Shown: positions 27,201-41,494 of the stretch, piece by piece
Layout of the letters: every line of letters begins with the position of its first letter
Numbering within the stretch: position 1 is the first letter of the stretch
Source: Catajapyx aquilonaris
Taxonomy: Eukaryota
Direction: 5' to 3'
DNA length: 64,000 nt
NCBI GenBank assembly: GCA_000934665.2
Contig: KZ537999.1
Span: forward strand, 186,001-250,000
Program-made: the position numbers and the translations under genes
The notes under the pieces: generated by a model
The model's database searches: none
What the model saw: the letters and a program-made list of their open reading frames with translations, nothing else
Told to the model about the DNA's origin: nothing

Positions 27201-30200
27201 CGCAAATTATTTCCCTCTCCATTCCTATACACTCCACCTGCTGCTACTGCAGCAGCAGCACCCTTTTCCTTTACTTCAAACGCGACAAAACTGCCTCATT
27301 CACAACCTTTCCACCCATTCCACTTCGGATGAAACTTCCCAAGGACTTCCTTTCAATACTTACATCGCATGCAGGGTGGTCGCGAAATTTCGCACAGAAC
27401 ACTTTTTCGCTCTCACTTGATCAAGCATGGTAATAATTACTTGGGCTTCAGGAATCAAGCGTCAACACTTGATTAATACCAACAAAAATGGTCAGCTATT
27501 ATCAAAATGTAATTCAAATTTGACACACCGAAGTGCGTCACCTTGGCAACCTTAACGAACACCTTGTAGGGTCATGTTTCTGAACAAAATCTTCACGGCC
27601 CGCAGCCGCCCCTTACCTTTAGTCAGAATTAATGATTTGCCTTTAACGATATCTCCTGGAGAGGAAAAGACAAAAAAAAGAGGAGGGAAAATACACTGTT
27701 GAGGAGAAGAAAAAAAAATTGATTACAAGCACCGTTGGTATCCTTGCAAGACTCGAGCACGCAAGATGAAACTAGTGCGTCTCTTTGATGTCGGACAGAT
27801 AATTAGACCGACTGTTATTTCAACCGCGCCAGTTGTCATTAAGGCGCCATTCGAGTCTTGCAGCCAATCACTGAGTCCTGAATAAGGAGCTTCCAATCCC
27901 GCTAACAAAGGGCAAGTCGAGAAGTCCTTCAGAGAGAAAAACAACAGCGACTTTTAAAATTATACATTAAAAAAAAAAAGAAGAAGAAGAGTCCTTTCCT
28001 TATACACCCTTTAGTAACATTATAGCCAATGCTCTTATCCCAGCAGGCGCTTCTCCCAATGTTAATTAAGCATCGAGGATCTTCCGATTGGCGAGCAAAA
28101 TTCCCTCGCAGACGGAAAACTTGAACTGATATTCGCAAAGTGGCTGCCAAACTCCGTGTTTCGACTCAAGTTCTTTTTTTCCCTTCCTCCTCCTCGTTTT
28201 TGCTTCTTTTGACTGCCAGAACTAATTAAGCCCTTTCTTAATGAAATTCCTTTCCGGACTTATATAAGGGGGTGGGCTGCGTCACCATTTGGCAATATTC
28301 AGATGGAGCAGGACAGAGTGACTGGCTGGTGACAGTAGTGAGTGGCTTGATTTTGCGGTGAATATGCCACCTTGACATTTCTGCGAGAATCGATTACTCG
28401 GTTGTTTTCAGAGAAGGAAACTTGAGCTAAAGCGACGATCAAGAGTAAGCAATTTTTCAGCACATTTCACGTAATTTTCCGGCTGAGTTGATTAAACTGA
28501 TTCAGGCTATGGCATTTCTATGTAAACAACTGCGCGATAATCCCCAATGCAATTAGTAGATTGTACTGTAGTAAACATCTCTACTGTACAGTATATGGCA
28601 GAAATTAATTCTTAAAACAGGCAGTCTAAGTCAAGTTGATAGGTTATTCAGTCGTGTCATTATTATTGCAAAAAAACGTGCGAATTTGCGCTGACTAAAT
28701 TCCGCACATAACCGCGCGGATTGGGTTATGTCAGCTGCAATCACAATGTTGACACAGATCGGAATTAAATGATACACCTCACACCGATAAAGCCAAGTTT
28801 ATCAGGCACGTCCCTCATTTCACGCACGAAAAAATAACCGACCCAATTCGCAGGCTTAGTTTTAGGCATTAAATTGATTCCGACTCCATTTGAAGCGAAT
28901 CGGTTGGTTGCATCAACAATAAAAAATATATAAATCAAAACATTCCAGAGCCCCAGATAAAGCCCCATCGCAACAAGCTGATGGCAATTTTTAATATCTG
29001 ATCCCTCCCTGGATGAATTTTTTAGTCTCCTACCAGACACTGCATAATCCATGCTGCCAATTAGTTTTGACGCTGGTAGAGAAGCCGGAAAGGCCAGAGG
29101 GGCCGATCACTCGCAACATGCAGATAAGTTAACCATTGCAATAAAAACCGCTGATGTATTGCTATAGTGAGTTACTGTTTATCCGTATCTAATTAGCACT
29201 AATGCTCTCATTATCTGCAGCGAGAACTTTAATGCCCGCCGAGCACGATTTGAACGTTACAAAAAAAAAAAAATAGTCTGGCGCACAGTTAAAATTTATG
29301 TCCACAACCATTCGCTATTAATTAGGCGAAACCCGTTCAAGAGTCTATGTTCGGTTCGATTTGATGCTTGGAATAGCAGTGCTATGGACAACATTCTTGA
29401 ACAGTATACTTTTAAAGCAGTCATCCACAACATACTGTGGTTCCTTCATGTAAGGACAATCGTGGTAAATATTTCTCAAATAATTTTCCTATTTTTGGCA
29501 CAGCTTATTTCTGTTTCTTTTCCAAATTGTGAAGGATGCCCATCGAAACATCAGGTTTCCCACCAGCCATTTATTTTTTTAAAAAAAGGTGTTCCCTTCC
29601 CCAGCATAGCATGTGTCACACACGGTTTGGGCGACGGGGTCAGTTAGACACAGCTCGTTTGACGCCCCCATAATGCATTCCGAGTGATGGAAAGAGAGGG
29701 GGGGATGAATTTCAATTAGAACCAAGCATCCCCCCCCCCCCCCTCCCAACATCACGTGACACCCATCATTGGCCGGTCACGCGGGGCATCTCAATATGCA
29801 TGTAAATTATCTTTTGCTCCAGCACAGTATGCCCCAGGTCAGAACACACGTCGATGACACCAAAAGTGTCCGTTCCTCTCGTTTTTTTTCTTCAAACATA
29901 TATTCCCCACAACGCTTTACAATTCCCACCAAGAGCGGTCTCGATTTTCATTCCGGATAGTGTCAAAAAAAAAACCTGAACAGAAAAAAAAGGTGGCGGG
30001 TAGAGAAAAGAAAAAACCTCAATATCACTCGAGGGAATACTTCTTTACATGTCAAAGGCACAAGGAAAATGTAATTTCCACAATGAAACCGACAAAGAGA
30101 GGAAAAAAAGCTGGGAATCACTGGATTGAAAGATGATAGGAAATCTCTCTTTTCTCTCTTTTATGTGCGCCTTATTCGTCTTTTCCCTCGTCCTCTCTCT

Positions 30201-33200
30201 TCTCTGTCTGTTGGCAACCATTTTCTATTAAAATTCTTCCGAGGCAAGAAGGCGGAAATCAAAGAGGAAATTGTTTTGTTGTGATCCGAATGAATGAGAG
30301 AGACGGAGGGGGGTTGGTCCTAAAAGCAACCGACCTTTTTTTTCTCCCCCCTCTCCTCCGAGAATGTCCGAAAAGTATCTCTGAACCGGAGCCGAATGCC
30401 TTTCAATATTTTCCAACTCCTCTTTTTAATTGAAAGCACGCTTCAGACTATCTTTTTCCCCCTACTTTTTCGAACCAAAGCTACTTTTTTTTCTCTCCTC
30501 CATCTCAAAGCCATCGGATAGTGTCATGTGATCAAGCAAACTTTGCTCTTCCTGGCCGAAGAATCGGCTCAGGGGCCTAGTTTTTTCCTCCCGAATAAAC
30601 CTTTCTATACCAAAAAAAACCCTAAACTTTACGAAAGGGATCCAGGGCAGAGAAGCAACTTCACATTATACCAATTGCTTCGGGTGGACCGCACAAAACT
30701 TGCGTCGCTTCTTCATCGCAAGAAAAGAAAAATGCAAAAGGCACCAAACCTGCAAGCACTACATCATGAACTCTTGCAAAAATATATATATATTTCCTGA
30801 TTCACTTTCTGAGGACGGCCTCCAGCTACAATTCGCTAAGTGAAACTTCTGCAAACATGCAAATGCGAAACGGCGCAAGGTGATAAAAATGGGACAATTT
30901 TTGTACACTTTCATAAGACATTCTTGTTGGACAACTTTTGGCTAACTGGACTCTCTCATGATGCTGCACAAAATATGGCCGCAAGTCCTTCCTTTCCCTT
31001 AATAAACGGAAAATGTGGCCTCCTATTTTCCGGGCCTATTCACATCCACGTCGCAAAATGAGGGCCTGGCGGTAATGACGTAGTTACGACGCAGGTTACG
31101 GCCACACCGAACTTAATTGCAAGTCCATACCGGGGCAGGCTGACATTGTCCTACAGGTAGTAACGTGCTCCCCCCTGCTCTAAATTCATCCATTTATTAG
31201 TTGGGAAATGATGAACTTGTCGCCAGATTTAGGGACCCTCCCTCCCATAATAATAATATATCCTTTAGGGCTTAGGCAACAAGCAGGGTCAGGGCGAGAC
31301 GGTTATCCTTTCAAAGCAGAATTATGACAATCCGCGGCCACAAAAGTGCGATTACATACCGGAAGCGATCCGGACCGCCAATCCCTTTCCATCGAAGAGT
31401 CATTTTCCTTCGGATCATACCAGCATAAGCCCTCTAGGTTTACAAGCAGCGGAGTCGGCAACTTTGCGACCAGTAAAGCGGATTCGCTGCCATAAAAACC
31501 ACCCGCCAATAAACTGTCCCCCCCCTCCCTCCGTTCATTCTCTTTTTTATTTTTTTTAAAGGTTGGTTTCACTCTTTTTCTACCGCTCNCCCCCCCCTAC
31601 CCTCACCATCTCTCTAACATATCCTGCAGCTCTTATTAATAGGCTGTGAAACAAAAGAAAATAGCAGGACCCCCTACCCTCTACCATCCTCGTTGCAGAA
31701 TTGCGGAGGGATCAACACGCAACATTCGCAACGTCTAATTAGCGCTGAAAAGTTGGGGAGGGTTGTAGTGAGGAACAAGGTCTCGTGGTCGGTTAACAAT
31801 AGGTGCATGTCAGCAGCCCAGGGGCCCATTTAGTAGCGATCAACCTGCGCTGTATGCAACCCAACCATTGTATCACGCACCCTGCAGGCGAGTGGTGGAA
31901 TATTTAGAGAGGGAGAAAAGGGGAGGGGGGGGGGGGACTGGAAAAAACAATGGACACAGATTCATTAATTTACTATCATTTCGTCGCAGGTACATTTACA
32001 CCGACAGTTCACTACAGGTATACACGCCTGCTGATGAAACTGTGATTGGCAGGAGCAGGAGTACTGTTCGAATATGCAAATCGATCACCTCAGACTGTCT
32101 GCAAAAATAATTCGGCTCGTAAATCACTGGCGGCAAAAACATCACTCGGAATTAGTGAAAACAAAAAAAAGGGCCGTGTAGCCCAGGGATGTAACATATA
32201 AAAAGTCAATTAGCCGTTAATTCTGACGTAATTAGGTCCATCTATAGGTGAAAAATAATATTGTCACGTTGGAGAGGGGCTAACAGGTACGTGAAACTAT
32301 GTTGGCAAATGGACTCTCTGAAACATAATCGCCAAGAGGGTAAACCATAACTTGAACAGAGCATCATGAACATAAATGCCACACACCAAAACTTCACCTT
32401 CAGATTCAAACATTATACTCTTCCGGGATTAACCTCTGTATACAGTATACGCCCTCCCCATTGAAATTTGAGAATAATTCTTTTGTAACAAACTCCCCCC
32501 TTGCTGCGCCATCATGTAGCACCTCTGGCTACTTCACATGATATAATTAGGCGTCCATTGTGCAGATGCATCAATAATTCCAACAATACGAGCTTTGGGA
32601 TGAAACATTTCTTTCTTCAGACTTGAAAAAAAAATTATTATATATAGGTGGAAGCAGAGATGGAGTGGAGGAGGAAAAAGAAGGGGAGGTGCGACGGATG
32701 TGGGGACAGAGAAAAGCCGTCTGCAAGTCAATGACCCAGGAGAGCTAAAGGAGAGGGGGGTGGGCCAAAGTGGAAAAGAGGAGAGACTAGAGAGAGCTGT
32801 CTCCTGTCCCAACCTTCCTTTACCTCCCTTCTTGGCTTCACACAAAGATTTATTCCTCAGCCTCCTTCTTCTTCTCCCCCACCTCTCTCTGCTGCCTTGT
32901 CACCAAAAATCATCCCACTTCTGCCGCGTCTGGCGCTCCCCAAATGAATTACCTCACGTTTTCTTCGAGTTCGGGCGCCTCTTAATCATGCGAGGTATTC
33001 ATCAAGTCGCAAAAAAAAATAATCAAGAGGGGGAGGGACCCCTGTGTTTTTATGGATCAACTACAGGGCGTTTCAAAAGGTTCCAAATAGTTTGAAAATG
33101 CCGTAACATACATGATGTACATTGCAGTACAGGATCAGCCAATTATTATAATTACAGCACGCTCCTTAGTTCAAAATAATTAGGCTAGATCGTTAGTGAA

Positions 33201-36200
33201 TTGGAGCTAGAAAGACGTCGCGCCGTAACCCGGAAATTAAATGTCCACTCTATATACACTATTCCAAAAATAAATGCCACTGTCCTTTCCATTATACGCA
33301 GCAAGGGCATGAGAGTTAGCTACGGAATAATGCAGGAGGAGTACGACATGTAACAGGCCAAAGCTGTAAATTATTTTTAGGACTTACATATACAACACGA
33401 GAGCCGATTCAATTCAGTGCGCTAGCTGGAGCAGAAGTGACGGGATAATTACTGCTAAAGGCCACAAGTTCAAGTTTTTAAAACTACTTCAAACAGTACT
33501 CCAACAATTAATCGTACTGGTTCACAAGTGGCGTGCGTGTATTATTTTAATTACAAGCATTTGCAATGCATCCGTGTAAGTGCCTCTCATATTGAAATAT
33601 CCCTCCCTGCTCGTGTTTTTGGATACAAAACAGGCCTCCAAAAAACTTCAAAGCGAACCAAAAGCGCCGAGTTAGACAAAACTCCAGGCTCACTTTGCCA
33701 GAAACTCTTACTCTACAAAAAAAAANGTGCGTACCGATGTTAACAATGACCCACCAACAACAACCTTTTCATGCATGCTTCAACCCGGATCGGGGCGCTT
33801 TTTTTTTTATTCTCTAGGGATTTTGCCAGAAGGGCCATTCAGGGAATTTGTTTGCAAAAAAAAAAAAAAAAACGCCATGAAGAGGTCCGAAATTCTCTTC
33901 CCCAAAAAATTCCTCCCCAGAAAAACTTTTTCCAGACTGTACCCGTACACTTTTTTTTTTTCTCTCTCTCTCTCTCCCGAAGGGTAGTATTGTACAGTAC
34001 CTTTGATCTTTTTCCCCACTTGAACCGGCCTTCCCAAAAGTTGACTTTGCGACTTGGTCTCTTTGAAGCTTTCAAATTAAGTCTGATGGACGCGCATTTT
34101 CTTGCCTGCCGGCAACCGAAGCAATACTCTGATTAACTCTACCTCTCCCCCGATGGGGCGTTATGTTTCTCCCATTCGCTTTCTGCTGGCTAATTACAAC
34201 ATTCATGCACAGCTTTACAAAAAAAAAAAAAAAAAAAATCGGGTCCTAATTTACACTCCCATGGTCTATCTGGTAATTATTCACATGTTTATCCCCTTGA
34301 TATAATAAGAACAATATTTGTACACTTTTTTGCCCGTTAATTAGAGGGGAAGCTGGCTGACCTCTGCGGTGCGGTTTAAGGTCGACCCATTATAACGCGT
34401 TATTAAAACTTGCTTTCAATCAAGCTCCATGGTAAGAAGTGGATTTACCAGTGTGAGCAACAAACGGTGCTGATGCCTTCAAAATCTGTCAACATTATCA
34501 ACCATCTTTGTCTGCTCCTGAATAGTATATTACTGAAAATGTATGAAAATGGGAAATGAAATTATGCGCTTACAATGCTTCTGTAAAATTAATGAACAAG
34601 ATGTGTTCTGATTACACGGAAAGCGTGATAAACATGCTTGCATCCCACCACACACATACGTGCAAGTCCTTTGAGAACAGGCTTTGCAAAACACTGCCAG
34701 TTCCCGAAATCAATTCCAGACCTCAAGAACGGGCCAATTCCCCCATTAACGCCAGTTTTCCTGTGTGATTGCTCCAATTCAGGTCTGCTCTGCTCCCTAC
34801 ACACCCCCCTTTTGCACGAATTTATTTTCCCAGGGGGGCCATGAATACGACGACCAAATGATGCATTGGCAGGGGGTGCCAGGAATCTCGGGGAGCACAT
34901 ACGAACCCCTCTTGCCTACTATATCCAGAAGCAGGGAAAAAGGCGGAAGGAAAATGGCTACACTTAGCCCCCCCTGCAAAAGAGTGACCACCTGAGGCCA
35001 ATAAGCGTCAAAAACCTGGCACTCCATCTTAACCCACAGTCTGACCTATGTGCTGCGTTTGCCTGCCTGTGGAATGGACCGTGCGTTGGAAACTAATTAC
35101 AATAATTAAAAGTGGTCCTGTAAAGTAGCATGTTAAAATTTAACCAACTGATAGGCCTATATACGCTGTACACCAGCTTGTATACTACACACCTATAGGA
35201 GTAACTAACAGTTCACGTAGTTAAAATTACAACGGTGCATCCGGCATAATCCCTATCACAATCTCACCATCCATTTTAAACGGCCGGAAACCCCATTATC
35301 TGCATCACCAATTGACAGCATTGTCCAATGCAATGATTGGGAGAAACCCTTCCAATTTGCATAACTGTTAATATTCAGTGCGCCATCACAGTTTCAAAAC
35401 CTCAACTGTAAATCTGATGCGACTGGTTTATTTCCCTCTGAACCTGTCACTTTAACATCATCCAGTAAGGGTATGCATCGTAATCCTTGATAAAAATAAA
35501 GTGTTAAAAAAGCACGCACTATGTATCAAGTGCTCCTAAGGTTATAACCATGCAGTTGATCCATTCATCAGCACACCGAGGGCAACGGCAGTTAACATCC
35601 ACAGCACTTCAAAGTGTTGCCATTCATCCCCTGAAAATGTAGCTTCAACATACCAATAATTGCAATACTGTGTGACACATCCGTCATGCTTTCATTTGAG
35701 TCAAAACCAGCTTACTTCATATACTGTACGAGTAGAGCTACTTGTCAGCTGAACACTTTTGGCCACCTGAATATTCCATTGATGTTACAGTTCCTTTCAC
35801 TATTTCAGCGCAGACACTCTATTTAGTCCACAGTTCAATTGAGCGAGGGCCGTAAAGAGCCTTAAAGTAAGCAGTGCATTTAATCCTTTAAGCCACAACA
35901 ACAGCGCTCTCATAACATTTCCATGCGGAGCATTTCCATTGGTTGCAATTTATGATTTTCGAAGCCCTGCCCGGGTCCATGGGAATGCACATTACTGTAC
36001 ACCTCTTTCATGGAGTACTGTACATACAGCAAAATGCATCCCATTTCAAAACTAATCCTCGGGAGTTTCTGAATGCTGCAGAAGGCAACATCTGCAAATA
36101 AAACTATTTCAAGTCCTATAGGATTCCATATGTTGATTACCAGTACAGTAGGCCTACTTGAATTTTTTTTAAACGAACACATGCTCAATGATTGAGCGAG

Positions 36201-37460
36201 TCTACAACAGCCAGCACGGCAGAGTCATGTAGTACAGGAGAGTATTTATTAAAATTTTTCATCAGTACCTGCCTGATATTTCATTTGAATATATTGCTTC
36301 ACAGTACATGAAAGTACAGTACTTTCTTCTAATCCATCATTTCTCCTATGCTGCAGGCACAGAGGTCATCTGGCAGACTTCAACAATTCATGGCAACTTC
36401 TACAAGTTACGAATAATTGTTGCGTAATGTCAAAAGTCGGATGAATAGTCCCAGTCAAGTCAGTTTACATAAAACTTGCAACACGAGATACATTCAAGTA
36501 AGAAACAAGCCTAGGCATTACCTGCTGTCATACAAAGTCAACTTGTCATTAATTCATCACAAGGTACACAAGATATGTGGTTCCGCTACACCAAGAGGAC
36601 TTACTACACCTTGATTTTATTAAGTAGCAAATGATGGCACCCAAGAATGTAACAATGCTGATGCCATTCGCCACCTACCAATATCACAGTCACACTCTTC
36701 ATTGCAGATATGAGCATGACAACACACACACAACACTGCGGCTGAGTCAAGTGTACACAATAATGGTGACAACACATCAAGAGGGTCTGGCTCTCCAATG
36801 TAATAGCCCCCATTGTACTACAGTACTGCTCAATTGTCACAAGCGGTTGAAATAAACACTCAGATTTCATCCCCTGTAAACAAAAGGACTGACTATTCCA
36901 TCAGTAATGTATTACGAAAGGGAGCATTACAAGTCTGTAAACTGAACATATTACAAAAAATGCACATATGACAAAAATAATGTGAATATTTTAAATACAA
37001 CAGTCTTGATTATACAGATTTGCATAATATAATCTTAATATCAACATGATACAGTTATATCTGGATATAACAGCCTCGGCTATAAGGGTAATTCCACGGG
37101 AACAGAGATGGTCCAAAAATGAAGTTTCGTACAGTGGGGTGGTAGATGGCTTATTGAAAGCAGATCATTATGTTAGATGAAGTAGGTCTAGTAACATTCT
37201 GCTACCAGATAGCAGTGGAACCATGCAAAAGGCAATATAATGGTCGCAACTGACGCAACTTTCCACTGTTTGTTGTGTCAGTTGCGTTAATCTTCATTTC
37301 TCCTGAAAACATGAACATAAACAGGCGTGGTCTAAAATAATCACAAAATTGCTCCTAGAGTGTAGATTACATATCAGTTGTAACCTTACTTCTAAACACA
37401 TTCAGCACACAGGGTTTCACGTCAATACAGCACCCCGCATGTTGCATCAGTTACATTATA

Positions 37461-38164
37461 CAGTTGAATCAGGCTTAATAATAAAGAATAACAGACTTCA
37501 AGGAACTGAGGAAATCAGTCTGTTATAGGAGCCAAATCGGCACTTTTGCAAGGAATACACAAGTTTTCTGCTTCCATATGCTTATAACTGCATACTATTG
37601 CATGCTGATTAATGAAACCACCCACAAACATGCCAAATTAGCTCACCCATAACTTTTAGGAAGGACACAAAAAAATCAGCAATTTTCTTCTGCCATCTCG
37701 TCCTTGCCAAATATACCAGAAAAAGAATGACTGACTTTTTTGGCAAGTGTCGGATCAGTGACAGGTGGGAAAATGACCCCTGCTCCAGTATACAGTGTTA
37801 TTCTCGCATGGAAAAGGAAGAATCAAAAACAGCATATTTTTCCACTGAGGAGACAAGAAATGGTCTGTTAAGGTGCATTTACATGTGACATCACAGGCGA
37901 TAACAACGCTGAGTAACCCGAGTAACCAATATTGTTTGAGGTGAAGATCGATTGTTACTTTCACCTCAAACAATATTGGTTACGTCAATCGGCGATGACT
38001 TCGCTCCCCTTTGCTTGTCAAATCACTCACATGTAAACGCCGCTTTATAGCTGAGATGAGGTCAAATTAGTCTGTTACATCAGGAGTCAGGGCCTTATGG
38101 AAGTATGGCAGGACAACCCTTTCGAGTGTGTTACAGCCGAAGCTGTTATATCTGGATTCAACTG
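37461..38164. mobile_element. Tigger/pogo-like (Tc1/mariner superfamily) non-autonomous element
   Basis: Termini TA|CAGTTGAATC ... GATTCAACTG|TA, with repeated internal GTCTGTTA/TAACAGAC motifs. A related copy lies in inverted orientation at 40150-40435. Confidence 0.75.
37871..38044. mobile_element. PIF/Harbinger-like MITE nested in the 37461-38164 element
   Basis: TIRs AGGTGCATTTACATGTGA / TCACATGTAAACGCCGCT with a TTA target duplication (37868-70, 38045-47). Removing it restores the host motif GGTCTGTTATAGC. Confidence 0.65.
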
Positions 38165-40149
38165 TATTAATATTTTACAGAGTCCATTCAAGTTCCTGTT
38201 GCGAAATTCTAAAAATATGCCAATAACCTACAAGGTGGCAGCTACATGAGAATAATTTTAAATTAATTTTCCATTATTAACATTTGCCACTGCAATAAGT
38301 ACGTATAAGTATACAGCATGAATCTCTTTCCAAATGTTGCATCAGTTAAGGTAGAATTATCCATAACACACTTTTGGTTATAACAGACTAGAAAGGCTGG
38401 TACTGGCATACTTCCATAAGGCCATATGTATTTTTATTCCTGATATAACAGACTCATATATTATCACCTCACCTCGACCATTCCTTGGCCCCTCGGTTGG
38501 AAAATATCCTGCTTTCAATTACTGGACTTTCCCACACGAGGAACGCATGCACACTAGAGCGGGTGATTTCCCATCTGTCACTTATTTAAGCTTCCTAGTC
38601 TGAAGTTTTGCACCCAGCCCCCCGCAACTTCCACCCCAGTCATACGTAGAGGTGCGTGAGCGTAGTTGCAATGCCCCCCCACGGGAGAATGTTCTATTTG
38701 GCGCTGGCGTCGGTCCACAGAGCACTACTTTTAGGGCAGGGGTATTCAATTGTATTCAATTTTGTCCGGACAGCGATGATATGCAGGACAGTTTGAAATA
38801 GCATTAGAAATTACTAATTCATGATTTTTTGGGGAAAAAGTGCTACAAATTTCATCAAATACACACCCATTCAAATCTGCCCCATTCACCTAAGCTCGTG
38901 TGACCTTGAATCCCCCAAAAAAACCGTTTAGCCTGCAGTGTGCTTTCTCCCCGCCCTTTACGGCATGTTCACCTTGTGCTTATGAAATGGTCCCCCCTCC
39001 GAAATACTTTTTGCCTACGCACCTGTACAGGACATCATAAAGGCCGGGAAAAGTTTTTGTTGAATTTTTGAACTTTTATTGTTTCTATTAGTTCCCAAAA
39101 CACAAAAATCGAGATAAAACATTTTTCTGAATGCTTGCTTGCGAGAAAATGGCCGTTCCCTATAATTATATGGGATGCTAGGAAAACGTAACCTATATGG
39201 CTGTAACAGTTGTTGATTACATTACCATGGCAACAGTGACATTCAGCAATCTCCATACCTTCATAATATCACCAATGATTGATTGTTGTCGATTGCATTA
39301 CCACGGAAACAGGCCGTGCAAAGAGTGGGTTGTGATTGAGTAACAATCAACAACAATGAAGGTTTGTTGCAACGGTTGCCATGTTAACCAATTGCCATGT
39401 AATCTCTTTTTAATTGTGTGGATTCATTAAAATACAGTTCAACAAAGCGTACAAAATCCACACACATACTTTACTTGTCCAAATGTGGGTACATTTGCCT
39501 CTTGTGTTCCCCTGAGGGGACACCAGATTTCAACACTACTCTCAAAGAAGGAAAGTAAAAAATGTTCCTATGTTTCCACATCGACATCACTATTCATAAG
39601 TTTTCTAAGTATATTACAAACAATAAATAACTCTTAACATTAATCAATAATCGAGAATTAATTACTAATCATATTCAGAACATTATTCCTGAGTTAAAAT
39701 TCAAACACCGGCATCTTAAAAAGCTGAAGCAATATTGAGCAGGTTTGAACTTCCATTGTTAGCTGGGATTCTCCTGAAGCCTCTGTGACTACTGCCAGCT
39801 CTTTTGCAGCAGAAGTACCAGCGCAAAAAAAATTAAAATATAACAACTGTGCAGGTGTCCCCTGTAGGGGAGACCTGCACAGCTCCACGACAGCTCCAAG
39901 TCCATGCGGAGCTAAGCTCACGCAAAGAGAAAGGGAGTTGCGCGACCTAAGTAATGGCCTTGTTTGCACCTAAAGATTGAGGCACACAAGTGCTCTGTTC
40001 AATGTTTCCGGGAGTCTTAATTATTTGAAGCGGGTCACAGAGCTGACCTTGGTGCCCACGCTTGGCCAAACAAAACCCGAGCCCATTCCTGAGTGAGGCA
40101 GTTCAGACGAAGGTGGCCAAGATATCGTGCAGCAAGTTTAAGAGCAGGA

Positions 40150-40435
40150 AAGGTCAACATCCTATTTTTTTTCTGGTATATTTGGCAACAAGGAGATGCC
40201 AAAAGAAAATTGCAATTTTTTTTTTGCTCGTGCATAATTTGCGAGTGAGCTAATTTTGCATTTTTGTGTATAGTTTCATTAATCAGAATGCAATAGTGTG
40301 CATTATATGCATATGGAAAGGAGAAAACTTTGCGTATTAGTTGCAAATGTGGTGATTTGGCTGTAACAGACCTCGTTCATATAACAGACCTTTTTCTCAT
40401 GGTCGCTTGAAGTCTGTTACAGCCGGATTCAACTG
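40150..40435 (-). mobile_element. Truncated second copy of the 37461 Tigger/pogo-like family, inverted
   Basis: Its reverse complement aligns by eye with 37461-37740 (CAGTTGAATC.GGCT..TAACAGACTTCAAG ... CTGATTAATGAAAC ... TGCCAAATATACCAGAAAAAA). TA flank at 40436-37. Confidence 0.75.
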
Positions 40436-40929
40436 TATCTGATGTTAGATTCCTCTCTGAGGCTCCGGACGACCGTCTTGGTCAGGCGGCCTTGTTTCCG
40501 CTGGAGCTGCAGTTGTCTATCCAGGGCAATTACCCGTTCGACACTGATTCGAAGAGCAAACCATCTGTACAGAGCAACATGATTTTCACCAGGTATTAAC
40601 AGGGTTCTATCTCACACTTCGCAAGCAAGTGCATGTGCTCTAATCCTGTTCAATATTGATCTACTTTTCTGTATGTACAAGCATCTGAAGGTAAAAAAAA
40701 AAGATTAGAAGAAATGACATGCACGCTGGAAAGCAAACAGCATTAGACGTGTACTTCTCAGGATACAAACTAGGCAGGCACCAGTTCTTCTGTGGAACAC
40801 TTAGAACCACCGCAGTACAACTCACCCGGCAAACCTGCGGCAAACCCACCCGATAATGCATCAAATCCGAAGAAAAATCCTGACTGTGATCCTGACATTT
40901 TCAGACGTTCGAATTTCGGCCGCCATGTT

Positions 40930-41400
40930 GGATCGATCCGCTGACTCGATGAGAGAGAAAAAAATAGATTACAAGCACATTAAATCTCGATGTATATATT
41001 AAAATTCATGTTACGACAAAATTATTGCTACAAAATGTAAATAGCGGTTAAATTTACTAATTACAAACACTGCCATCTGCTGACAAATTCTCAAAATTCA
41101 GCCGCTCCTTATTTGGTTTACACGTGCCAGCTGCACAACTAATGCTTAACGTCTATTGGCTGTTGAGCCAACATACTGAATTCTGATTGGGTTTTCAGAT
41201 GCACACAGCTTATTTGCTATCCCGTGTAAACCTTCATCTTGAATTAAATGTGACGTCACTGATCTCACCTGACGTAATCACGTGCATTGAAATCACGCTC
41301 AAAAAAAGTGACTCATCCACACCTGTGTTTATTATCACCAATTTTTGCCGCTTCCAGTCCATTGTCCATTGTCCTGTCCGCTGCTCAGTACTTGGTGAGT
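40930..41400. promoter_or_regulatory. IST1 promoter and 5'UTR exon region, possibly bidirectional
   Basis: Palindromic CRE GTGACGTCAC at 41250-59, plus TGACGTAA, E-boxes CACGTG (~41121, ~41279) and several CCAAT/ATTGG motifs. The 5'UTR exon donor TTG|GTGAGT is at 41395 and the acceptor at 41483. Confidence 0.5.
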
Positions 41401-41494
41401 ACACACTGGTCACTTGTACACCACATTTAGGTAAGTGACAATATTTATTAGTGACAATCGTGTGGTGACAATATATTTGACAGCCTCTCCAGCC

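Noticed and set aside
26953..27433. Overlapping 153-aa (+) and 94-aa (-) ORFs with poly-Ala
   Set aside because: No recognisable domain and no supporting exon structure; likely chance.
32028..32070. CTGATGA motifs (also ~3083, 21061, 43971) considered as hammerhead ribozyme cores
   Set aside because: No stem II followed by GAAA or closing helices could be built.
40826..40898. FFGFD motif reminiscent of the Pat1/HPat N-terminus
   Set aside because: No acidic NDETFG-like motif or further coding exons follow; the spliced ORF stops at 35 aa.
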